A stretch of DNA of 64,000 nt, from positions 18,119 to 82,118 of the forward strand of contig JBJXFL010000014.1 of assembly GCA_046155405.1 (NCBI GenBank). Direction: 5' to 3'. The position numbers were made by a program, and so were the translations under genes. A model generated the notes under the pieces. That model saw nothing but the letters and a program-made list of their open reading frames with translations. It searched no databases and was not told the origin of the DNA. How positions within the stretch are numbered: position 1 is the first letter of the stretch; each line of letters begins with the position of its first letter. The stretch is from Bryobacteraceae bacterium (GTDB lineage Bacteria > Acidobacteriota > Terriglobia > Bryobacterales > Bryobacteraceae). Shown here piece by piece: positions 50,901 to 58,563 of the stretch.

Positions 50901-52923
50901 GTTGCAAAAGGAGCCCGCCGTCCGTCCGCCGGCCACCGCGCCGCCGCCGGCGGAGGTGTTGGAAACACCGGCTCCGGTGCCGATCACGCCGCTCGCGGAG
51001 GTCGCGCAGAGCTCGTTCGAAACGCCGTCGTACTACTATGAGCCACAGCAGGCGGAATATGTAGACGCCTCCGCCGGCCTGCCGGTGGAAGCCGGCACGC
51101 TGCTGATGCACGAACATTTCTCGTTGATGGACGATTTTCTGCGCACGCAGGAGACCGTGATGTCCGGCTTTCTGGCCGGTGGCATGTCGTATTCCGGCGG
51201 TCCGTACCTGGAGCCGCGCGAGGAAGAAATGCCCGCGCATGCCGCCGAATGGGAGACGGTCCCGGACGTGAGGGAGGAGCCGATGCTGGCGCATATCGAA
51301 ATCGCCGAGCATACGCCGCTCACGTCGATGTCCATGTTTGTAACGCTGGATCTGGCGCATCACAAGTATCTGGAAGATCACTGCCTGTACTTTGAAGGTT
51401 CCGACGCCGACCAGCAAGGCAATCGCATTCTGGCGATGCCGCTCACGGGAAGCCTGGAACTGATGGCCGAGGCCGCGCTGCATCTGGCGCCGGGTGAGCG
51501 CGTGATCGCCATCCGGAAGGCGCAGGCGCTGCGGCCGGTGAATGTGGAGCGCGGCGCGGCTCCGGCCCGCATTCGTTTGAACATGCGGCGGCAGGGCGCC
51601 GATATCCGGATCGGACTGCACTCGGAGCGGGGCGACCTGTTGACCGAAGCGGTGGTGGTGGTGGCCCCGGACTTTGAACCGGCGCCGGCTCCGGAACCGC
51701 TTACGCTGGAAAATCCGAAGCGTCCGACGTGCCCGCTCAATGAAGTCTATTCGACGCATCGTATGTTCCATGGCCCGCGTTTTCAGGGCATTCAGGATAT
51801 AGAGAAGGTCGGCGGCAACGGGTTGATCGCGCGGCTGCGGATTCTACCGAACACCGATTGTTTCGGCTCCACGGCGGCACCCGGTCTGATTTTGGATCCG
51901 TTTCTGTTTGACGCCGCCGGACAGTTGGTGGGCTACTGGCCGATCGACAATCTACCCGATGGATTCGTGCTATTGCCTATCCGTTTGGGCGACGTGGCCA
52001 TATATGGACCGTCACCCGCGCCCGGCACCGAGCTTGAGTGCCGTTTGTGGGTACGCAATGTTTCCCATCGTCAGTTGTCCGCCGATTTCGACGTATTGCT
52101 GCCGGATGGAACGGTTTGGCTGCGCGTGAAGGGTTGGACCGATTGGCGCTTCCACTGGGAGCGGCGCTTCTATGACTTCTGGCGCTTTCCGAATGAGTAT
52201 TTCAATGGGCGTCAGATTGAATCGCCGGCGCTCACGGCGCGCGGGATACATTGCCGCATTTTGGATCCGATGACGGAAGTGGAGAAAACCGGGCTTTCGG
52301 AGACGGTATGGACGCGGATGATTCTGGAGCGCGGGGAACTCGCCGAGTACCTTGGCATTCAGGACGACGCGCGGCGGCTGCCGTTTCTTTTCCGGCGCGC
52401 GATCGCCAAGGATGCCACGCGCGGCTGGCTGGCCGAGAACGGCCGCAGTCGGGTTTACCCGGCGGATGTCGTTTTGTACGATTTGCCGGGTGAATCGTAT
52501 GACGCCCGGGGCGCCTGGCGCGGCGTGGGCGAGACGCTGCATACGGCCGCCGCCTATGACAGCCTATTCGCGGTCGGCGCCGTTGGCCCGACGCGGCTGA
52601 CTATCGTACTGCGTGAAGTTACGGATGGGGAGCAACCCCTGGAAATGGCGTTCGCACCGGAGGAGCGGGAGTGGATTCAACGGCTCGCCAAACCCGATGA
52701 ATGGACCGCGCGGGCGACCGCCGCGAAAATGGCGGTGGCGAAGTGGCTGCGGCCGGATCTGGCGGACGATGAGTTTTGGACGACCCTGTTGATTCCGCAA
52801 TTGAACGAGAGCACCGGAGTTCTGGCGGTGGCCGATCCGGGATCGGCGGTAAACGCGGAAGACACGGTTTCAGTGATTACGCTGCGCGATGGCAAATTTG
52901 TCATGGCGATCGCGACAAACTAA
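47962..52923 (+). CDS. Second megasynthase: KS, AT, DH, C-terminal PPTase-like (apparently degenerate) domain
   Basis: 1653 aa; see the domain features below. It has no ACP or KR of its own. Confidence 0.95.
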   Translation: MSAKESRPPSGHSIHGDVAIVGLACTYPGARNAGQFWRNIVNKLSAIADVHPDRWDPAVFYDPDPAKEDKIYCKQGGYLPNSFTFNPAKAGVPPSAIEGAEPDHYLMLRTMYEALDDAGYLKKTFDRDRVSVMMGKGNYLAPGLTWIMHRTVVSEMVMRIVESLRPDFTGDELTKIRQSIQRKLPKLNTENAAGLIPNISTGRVANRLDFMGANYTIDAACASSLLATENALHSLLIGKDDMVLAGGSHLFAHIPFLSVFDKTRAMSATSTIRPYDANADGTMSGEGIGVMVLKRLADAERDGDRIYAVIKGAGSASDGKAKGVMAPRVEGEELALRRALSMAGVAPETVELIEGHGTGTPVGDATEIEALHRAYGENSEGRRTIALGSVKSNIGHAMPAAGAAGLIKTALALYHKVLPPTLNVVEPNALLQRPESRFYLNTEARPWIHRKDGAPRRAGVNAFGFGGINAHVVLEEYRPAAETGQPTLLREWDQELFVFEGATRPELMASLDRVRGYVLSVEGVSTADLAFTLNTALTGQAERLAIIASNFEELAQRIDRAKRKLEDPDCSQIRERQGIYYFESPELHNGKVAFLFPGEGAQYVNMLSDLCIHFPEVRNCFDTADTAKKNGAPVSSVVFPAPSLTPEDEAAAEAELFSIERATETVLTADGAMFRLMEKLGLRAHMMSGHSAGEWIAMAASGMLDVDTFIGSMERLETMYRDVAADSEIPRMAMLAVGAGKERVAELASQAGVKIDLANDNCPHQTVIVVEPAHTDRVVEHFLTSGVFIEKLPYDRGYHTPAFTYICDPLRKFFASLDLNAPKVPVYSCTTAELIPEDREGILDVVANTFAKPLIFQDTIRKMYDDGARIFVELGPRGNLTAFADDILRGRMHLSVPMDQFRRPGLLGLCHGLGLLAAAHVPLALVGLYERRQPRRLTLDAKADTVLPEERQPGSIQVSLCYSVLESPPPEMMRSMAAIALQKEPAVRPPATAPPPAEVLETPAPVPITPLAEVAQSSFETPSYYYEPQQAEYVDASAGLPVEAGTLLMHEHFSLMDDFLRTQETVMSGFLAGGMSYSGGPYLEPREEEMPAHAAEWETVPDVREEPMLAHIEIAEHTPLTSMSMFVTLDLAHHKYLEDHCLYFEGSDADQQGNRILAMPLTGSLELMAEAALHLAPGERVIAIRKAQALRPVNVERGAAPARIRLNMRRQGADIRIGLHSERGDLLTEAVVVVAPDFEPAPAPEPLTLENPKRPTCPLNEVYSTHRMFHGPRFQGIQDIEKVGGNGLIARLRILPNTDCFGSTAAPGLILDPFLFDAAGQLVGYWPIDNLPDGFVLLPIRLGDVAIYGPSPAPGTELECRLWVRNVSHRQLSADFDVLLPDGTVWLRVKGWTDWRFHWERRFYDFWRFPNEYFNGRQIESPALTARGIHCRILDPMTEVEKTGLSETVWTRMILERGELAEYLGIQDDARRLPFLFRRAIAKDATRGWLAENGRSRVYPADVVLYDLPGESYDARGAWRGVGETLHTAAAYDSLFAVGAVGPTRLTIVLREVTDGEQPLEMAFAPEEREWIQRLAKPDEWTARATAAKMAVAKWLRPDLADDEFWTTLLIPQLNESTGVLAVADPGSAVNAEDTVSVITLRDGKFVMAIATN
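48007..49389 (+). other. Domain: ketosynthase (Cys-His-His intact, so not a chain-length factor)
   Basis: aa 16-476: DVAIVGLACTYPGA, IDAAC(221)ASSL, EGHGTGT, IGHAMPAAG. Confidence 0.9.
49735..50661 (+). other. Domain: acyltransferase-like (GHSAGE type)
   Basis: aa 592-900: FLFPGEGAQ, SGHS(691)AGEW, YDRGYHTPAF in place of the xAFHS motif of synthase 1. Confidence 0.8.
51283..52161 (+). other. Domain: PKS-type dehydratase with an insertion in the His motif
   Basis: aa ~1108-1400: LEDH(1140)CLYFEGSDADQQGNRILAMP (an 11-residue insertion between His and Pro) and LDPFLFDAAGQ. Confidence 0.7.
52279..52920 (+). other. Domain: 4'-phosphopantetheinyl-transferase-like fold, catalytic residues not conserved
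   Basis: aa ~1440-1653 align segment by segment to the stand-alone PPTase at 57761: LHTAAAYDSLFAVGAV..RLTIVLRE vs LSHTEGIAVLLVAV..VGVDVERP, and EWTARATAAKMAVAKWL vs RIWTVKESLVKAVG. The Asp of the DxE motif and the Glu of the KE motif are replaced. Confidence 0.5.
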
Positions 52924-52946
52924 TTAATCGCGACAAACTAATTAAT
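52911..52946. repeat. Perfect 18-bp tandem duplication spanning the synthase-2 stop codon
   Basis: CGCGACAAACTAATTAAT occurs twice (52911-52928 and 52929-52946); the TAA stop at 52921-52923 lies in copy 1. Confidence 0.9.
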
Positions 52947-52963
52947 AAGGACAAGGCGAACGA

Positions 52964-53263
52964 GTGGAAATTCTTACACGAGATTCGGTTCGAGAACAAT
53001 TGATAGGGATGTTGAAGGACGCCCGGGAAGACTGGGACAGCTCGATCGTGGTGACGGACGCAACCGGCCTGTTTCAGGAGCTGGGTTTTGAGTCCATCGA
53101 CGCGGTGGGCCTCAGTTCCACCCTGGAAATGAACTACGACCAGACGCTCCCCTTCCCGGAGTTTATGAACAAGGCGAAGACGCAGGGATGGAAAGATATC
53201 ACGGTCGGTTCGCTCGTCGATTTCCTGATGGAGAACCTGAAAAACTCACCGGAGAGGAAGTAG
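52964..53263 (+). CDS. Stand-alone acyl carrier protein
   Basis: 99 aa, GTG start after AAGGACAAGG. Contains LGFES(I)DAVGL phosphopantetheine-site-like motif in a four-helix-sized protein. Confidence 0.78.
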   Translation: MEILTRDSVREQLIGMLKDAREDWDSSIVVTDATGLFQELGFESIDAVGLSSTLEMNYDQTLPFPEFMNKAKTQGWKDITVGSLVDFLMENLKNSPERK

Positions 53264-53266
53264 CCG

Positions 53267-54856
53267 ATGGGCGCTCCCACAATTATCTTTGGCCTCGACG
53301 GCGCCACTTATACGGTCCTTGACGATCTGATGCAACGGGGTGTAATGCCCTATCTGCAACAATTCATCAGTGAAGGCGTGAAGGCCACGATGATGTCCGT
53401 AACGCCGCCGTTGACGCCCCCGGCCTGGTCCACGCTGGTGACCGGCCGCACGCCCGGCCATCACGGCATTACCGGATTCTTCCAGTACGACTCGCCGGAA
53501 TCGTCGTCCTTGCAATTGGTATCGAACCGGCAGATGACCGCCGAGACCATCTGGTCCATGGTGAACCGCCAGGGCAAACGGTCGGGTTGTTTGAATTTCG
53601 TCGCGCATCAGCCGGGACCGAAGATCGACGGCTGGGTGATCCCCGGCTGGATTTCGTGGCGCTGGGTAAAACAGCTCAGCCATCCGTCCACCGTAGTGGA
53701 GCGGCTGAAGAAAGAGCTCCCGGGCTTCGACTTGAAGGCGTTGGCGATGGATTTCGAGGAAGAGCGGAAGGCCGTTGTAGGCTCGCCCATCGACGACTAC
53801 AAAGGGTGGATTGGGCTGCACATCGACCGGGAACGCCAGTGGTTCAACGTTATCAAGTACCTGATGGAACACGACACCGTGGACCTGCTTGGAGTGGTGT
53901 TTGACGGCGTGGATAAGATGCAGCACCTCTTGTGGCCATATCTGGATCCGGGGCTGGCCCCGGCGGAACCGTCGGCGGATTTCCTGCGCATCCGGGAGAT
54001 GTGCTGGGACTACTATCGCAACATCGACGACATTCTGCGGGAAACGTCCGAGCTCTACGGTAAGGACGCCAATATTCTCATCTGCTCCGACCATGGCTTC
54101 GCGGGCAGTTGGGAAGTGGTGTTTATCAACACCTGGCTGGAACAAAAGGGCTATCTCACGTGGAAGGAGGATACGGAATCCGTCACCAATATTCAGGAGT
54201 TGGAGCCGGCCTTCTACCGTATGAATACGTTCGACCACGATCGGACCACCGCCTACGCCCTCACCACGTCAAGCAACGGCATTTTCATCAACGTCAAAGG
54301 CAAAAAGGGCGATTTCGGCATCGATCCGGCGGAGTACGATTCGTTCCTGGCCAAGCTGACGGAGGAACTTCTGAACGACTTCCGCGATCCGGCGACCGGC
54401 GAGCCCATCATCACCGCCGCCGTCCCCTCCAGCGTGGCTTTTGCCGGACCGCATGAGGCGCTGGCGCCCGACATCACCGTCTCGCTCCGCGACCACGGTT
54501 TCTTCTCGGTTCGCAAGGGCGACTCGATCATCGCCAAACGCCCGCAGTATCTCGGCACGCATCATCCGGAGGGCATTCTGATTTGCCGTGGACCCGGGAT
54601 CCGCAAGAACCACCACATCGACCCCGTCCATCTTCTGGACGTGGCGCCGACCGCTTTGTATGCGATGGGTCTCGACATTCCCGCCGACCTTCAGGGGCGT
54701 GTTCTCGAAGAGGCTTTCACTTCCGATTTCCTCGCCGATCGCGAACTGCGCCGCGGCGCGTCTACAAAGGCGGTCGAAAAATCGGACTCGGAGGCGCTCG
54801 AAGCCGACGACGAAGACATTTTGGAAAAGATGAAAGCCCTCGGCTACCTTGAGTAG
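53267..54856 (+). CDS. Alkaline-phosphatase-family enzyme (type I phosphodiesterase / nucleotide pyrophosphatase-like)
   Basis: IIFGLDGATYTVLDDL metal-ligand region, VTPPLTPPAWSTLVTG nucleophile-Thr region, ICSDHGF, GTHHPEG. It starts 3 nt after the ACP stop. Confidence 0.83.
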   Translation: MGAPTIIFGLDGATYTVLDDLMQRGVMPYLQQFISEGVKATMMSVTPPLTPPAWSTLVTGRTPGHHGITGFFQYDSPESSSLQLVSNRQMTAETIWSMVNRQGKRSGCLNFVAHQPGPKIDGWVIPGWISWRWVKQLSHPSTVVERLKKELPGFDLKALAMDFEEERKAVVGSPIDDYKGWIGLHIDRERQWFNVIKYLMEHDTVDLLGVVFDGVDKMQHLLWPYLDPGLAPAEPSADFLRIREMCWDYYRNIDDILRETSELYGKDANILICSDHGFAGSWEVVFINTWLEQKGYLTWKEDTESVTNIQELEPAFYRMNTFDHDRTTAYALTTSSNGIFINVKGKKGDFGIDPAEYDSFLAKLTEELLNDFRDPATGEPIITAAVPSSVAFAGPHEALAPDITVSLRDHGFFSVRKGDSIIAKRPQYLGTHHPEGILICRGPGIRKNHHIDPVHLLDVAPTALYAMGLDIPADLQGRVLEEAFTSDFLADRELRRGASTKAVEKSDSEALEADDEDILEKMKALGYLE

Positions 54857-54871
54857 ATAGGAGTAGAAAGC

Positions 54872-55744
54872 ATGCCCAAGGCACCCGTTAACGGTATTGA
54901 TATCCACTACGTTCGCCGTGGTGAAGGCAGGGATGTCATCCTGCTGCACGGAGTCACCTCGTCGCTGGCGATGTGGTACAACGGCATTTACCCGAAGCTG
55001 TCCGAGAACTACCGCGTCACCGCCTATGACCTGCGCGGTCACGGACTGAGCGGGCTCACCCCTACCGGCTATACCTCTGCCGACATGGCCGAGGATCTGC
55101 TCGGGCTTTTGGATAGTCTCAAGATCGAGAAGGCCACCCTGATCGGCCACAGTTTCGGTGGAGCGATCGGCCTCCACATGGCATTGCTGCATCCGGACCG
55201 GGTGCACGGGGTGATCATGCTCGATAGCGGCCTCGCCTGCCTACGCTATCTTCGGATTATCGCCGATTGGCAGGGTTGGAAGGGACGTCCCGAGGAGTTC
55301 CAGAAGAAGGGGCTGAGTTTGGAGCAGTTCCTGGAGCTGGATTCCAAACAGGACGTGACCGCGGTGATTCGCCATGGACTGAATATGCCCCGGGTGGGCG
55401 GATTCAGAAAGGGCCAATCCGGAATGACGCCGCGGCTGCAGCGCTTACTCGATGAAACCAAACTCGGCTATGAGTTCCGGGACGTCGCCGGCATGACCGA
55501 GGAACGCTTGCGCACCGTCCTAACGCCGGTACTAGCCCTTTACGGGGAAACGTCGCCGTATCAAAAGATGGCCAAACACCTGAATGGACTCCTTCCCAAC
55601 TGCCGGCATGAGGTTCTGCCCGGCACCGGCCACTTCTCCGCGATCCATCGGCCGGAACTGGTGGCGCCCGTGATTCAGGAGTTCGTCGCGGATCCGATCG
55701 ACTACGTGAAGAATGCGCCGGATTCCGTGGCGGTCGCACCCTAG
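54872..55744 (+). CDS. Alpha/beta-fold hydrolase (candidate thioesterase or acyl hydrolase)
   Basis: VILLHGVTSS oxyanion region, nucleophile elbow GHSFGG, and a C-terminal GTGHFSAIHRPE catalytic-His region. Confidence 0.85.
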   Translation: MPKAPVNGIDIHYVRRGEGRDVILLHGVTSSLAMWYNGIYPKLSENYRVTAYDLRGHGLSGLTPTGYTSADMAEDLLGLLDSLKIEKATLIGHSFGGAIGLHMALLHPDRVHGVIMLDSGLACLRYLRIIADWQGWKGRPEEFQKKGLSLEQFLELDSKQDVTAVIRHGLNMPRVGGFRKGQSGMTPRLQRLLDETKLGYEFRDVAGMTEERLRTVLTPVLALYGETSPYQKMAKHLNGLLPNCRHEVLPGTGHFSAIHRPELVAPVIQEFVADPIDYVKNAPDSVAVAP

Positions 55745-55886
55745 TTAAGACTAGTACGTATGGCTCGATTGGCCCACGAGAATTGAGTTATCTCTGTGCT
55801 ACACTCATCGCACAACATGAATTTGCCCTTTAAGGGCGGTAATCAAGAATCTGGTCCAATCACCTGGTCCATGTAGGAGGAGGAGT

Positions 55887-57728
55887 ATGGTTATATCGAA
55901 AGCTAAATTTCTGGGAGCGGTCCTATTGGCCGTTACCGCGTTGAGTGGTCAGGAGAAAATTCCGCCGCCGCGAACCCCTGGGAACACCTTTGTAACGAAC
56001 AATTTTTCTGGTGTTGTGAAGGCGAAGGCGTCTCCGGACGAGTGCTACCTGTCGCTCGGCAACAATATCCAATACGATTTCATCGATCAATTGAACCCCG
56101 GCTTGCCCTGCGGTCCCGGCAAGCGGCCGAAAGTTAACCAAGGGTACGTGTGGGGCACCGCCGTTGTCGGAACCACTATCTATTTCGGCACGACGCCGAA
56201 TGGCCAGTGCATCACCCAGGGCGGCGTTGTCAGCGATCCCGCGAACTTGACTCCGCTCGAAACGGCGGCGTATGCCTGCGAATTCGCGGAAAGTCCCTAT
56301 TACCCGACCCCGATTACGGCCGCGCAGATCGGCGACTTCCGGCCGCCTCGTATTTACAAGTTTGAAACCACGACGGGCGCCATCACCGATATCACTCCCA
56401 AGGCCCCGGTTGGCGTCTGCCTGACGACGAATCCTCTGTGCGTCGAGCCGTTAATTCTCAACACGCGCGGCATTCGCGCCGTTGCCGCTAATCCGGCTAA
56501 TCCCGACATCGTGATGTTCGCCGGGCCGGCGCTCACCTCCACCGGCGGAATTAACTTCTTTGCGTACCGGATCAGCACGAACAGTTGGATCGCCAAGGGC
56601 GTTACAACCCTGTATGACAATATCCGCCGCTTTACGCTGCTTAACTCCGGCGGCGGGAGCGTTCTTTACACCGCCGTGGGCAACACGGCCAGCAATACCG
56701 CTAACCCCAACGCCGGTTCGGCGTTGCGCTACGCCGGTTCGTTCACAACAATCCCCCCCCCTCCGCCGCCGACGTCGGGATCCAATATTCCGGTTTGCGC
56801 GGCTTGCTTCACCTTTCAAGCGGTCGGCAATTTAGACGGGGAAGGCGCCTATCTCACCAGCCACGCCGGCCGTTTGTACGTATCCACCTGGCCGAAGCCC
56901 GGTCTCGCCGGCCTGCACATGAGCCCGGCCATTCCTCCCACCGGTTTAACCACCGCCAACGCGACGCAGTGGACGAAGGTGTGGAGTGTGGCTAATTATG
57001 AGCCCGATACCACCATCCAGACTTCCTATGCGAACGGCGCGCTTATGTCGTTCGGGGGATATCTGTACTGGGGTACGATGAATGTGCCGTGGGCCTCCAC
57101 TGGGGTCATCACGCAACAGTATGGCGTCCCTACGACACAGCCTGAAATTCAGACACTCATTGTGAATAGTTTCCGGACGATCAGCATCTGGCGCGGCAAG
57201 GACTTTGACACCGTCCCGGCGATCGACCTCCTCTACGGCGAAACCACCCTGCCGAAATATGTTCCAGCCAATGGCGGACCTGGAAATCCCGCCGCCTGGG
57301 TCCAGACTCCCACCGGGAAGACGCCATTGTACGGCAAATCCGGCTTCGACAACCCGTATAACAACTACACCTGGAACATGAACGTGTTCAACAATAAGTT
57401 GTATGTCGGCACAATGGACTGGAGTTATCTGGCCGTAACGGCCTATGGGGCGATTATCGGTAACGCCCTGAGTCAGATTCCGACTCAGAGCTACGGCGCC
57501 GACCTATGGGTATTCAACAATACAACTTCGGCCGCGGTGGCGGAGAACACGAACGGCGTTGGCAACTACACCAACTACGGCGTTCGCAATATTGTGCCGG
57601 TCGGAACTAAACTCTACCTCGGCACGGCAAACCCGATGAACCTGTTGACTAACTATACCGACTCGGTACCCGACGGCGGCTGGGAACTCCTCCAGATGAC
57701 CCCTCGCGGCGGGACCGTGGTTCGTTAG
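55887..57728 (+). CDS. Secreted repeat protein, possibly a beta-propeller
   Basis: AGGAGGAGGAG RBS and a signal peptide. A recurring (K/R/T)(L/I)Y(V/L/F/W)(G/S)T motif appears five times: TIYFGT, RLYVST, YLYWGT, KLYVGT, KLYLGT. Confidence 0.7.
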   Translation: MVISKAKFLGAVLLAVTALSGQEKIPPPRTPGNTFVTNNFSGVVKAKASPDECYLSLGNNIQYDFIDQLNPGLPCGPGKRPKVNQGYVWGTAVVGTTIYFGTTPNGQCITQGGVVSDPANLTPLETAAYACEFAESPYYPTPITAAQIGDFRPPRIYKFETTTGAITDITPKAPVGVCLTTNPLCVEPLILNTRGIRAVAANPANPDIVMFAGPALTSTGGINFFAYRISTNSWIAKGVTTLYDNIRRFTLLNSGGGSVLYTAVGNTASNTANPNAGSALRYAGSFTTIPPPPPPTSGSNIPVCAACFTFQAVGNLDGEGAYLTSHAGRLYVSTWPKPGLAGLHMSPAIPPTGLTTANATQWTKVWSVANYEPDTTIQTSYANGALMSFGGYLYWGTMNVPWASTGVITQQYGVPTTQPEIQTLIVNSFRTISIWRGKDFDTVPAIDLLYGETTLPKYVPANGGPGNPAAWVQTPTGKTPLYGKSGFDNPYNNYTWNMNVFNNKLYVGTMDWSYLAVTAYGAIIGNALSQIPTQSYGADLWVFNNTTSAAVAENTNGVGNYTNYGVRNIVPVGTKLYLGTANPMNLLTNYTDSVPDGGWELLQMTPRGGTVVR

Positions 57729-57760
57729 TCGTTGGTTCGTTCGTTAATTAGGTACGGTAG

Positions 57761-58516
57761 TTGATTGCATCCTTACAGCAAGGGCAAGCGCACCTGTGGC
57801 GTCTGCCCTTGGCTGAATTTGAAGAAGGCCGGCTTCTGGAAGCCGGCCTTCCGCTTTTGAGCGGTGAGGAGCGGGAGCGCTATGCGCGAGCGCTACATCC
57901 GCGGTTTCGCGCACTGCTTCTGGCCGGCCGGTTGCTGATGCGGTGCGCGCTGTCGTCGTACGGTTCTCGCGGGCCGGCGGAATGGCGGATCGAAGTGGGC
58001 GAGAACGGTAAGCCATTCGTTTCCAACAGCCCCCAGGGCTTGACCGTGAATCTCTCGCATACGGAGGGGATCGCGGTCCTGCTGGTCGCCGTCGCCGCTT
58101 CCGTGGGGGTGGATGTGGAACGGCCCTGGCGCATATTGGACCCCCTCGCCACCGGCCGGCCGGTGTTCTCCGACCGGGAGATGACGATGCTCCGTCAGAT
58201 GACCGATGAACGGGAGAGGCGTGAGCGCTTTTACCGGATCTGGACCGTTAAGGAATCCCTGGTGAAAGCCGTCGGCGCCGGGATAACCGGCGATCTTCGC
58301 CATGTCACCTTCGATGTTTCAAACCCTTCGCCCCGGCTGCTGGAAACCGTACCGGCGTTGGCCGCTCCCGCCGACGCCTTTTTCTTTGCAAAGACGCTGC
58401 CGGAAGGTTTTCTTGTGTCCGGGACCATCTTCCCGTTTCAACCGGTTTCGGCTATTCTGGACATTGACGCTATCGCCCCGATACGCGGAATGATACGCGA
58501 AGCGATTGGTAGTTGA
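57761..58516 (+). CDS. Sfp-type 4'-phosphopantetheinyl transferase
   Basis: NLSHTEGIAVLLVA, VGVDVERP, FYRIWTVKESLVKAVG. A TTG start is inferred because there is no nearby ATG. Confidence 0.82.
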   Translation: MIASLQQGQAHLWRLPLAEFEEGRLLEAGLPLLSGEERERYARALHPRFRALLLAGRLLMRCALSSYGSRGPAEWRIEVGENGKPFVSNSPQGLTVNLSHTEGIAVLLVAVAASVGVDVERPWRILDPLATGRPVFSDREMTMLRQMTDERERRERFYRIWTVKESLVKAVGAGITGDLRHVTFDVSNPSPRLLETVPALAAPADAFFFAKTLPEGFLVSGTIFPFQPVSAILDIDAIAPIRGMIREAIGS

Positions 58517-58563
58517 ATTGCAACCTCTTCTCACGTAAAGCGGGTTTTTAGGAGTTGGCGATA

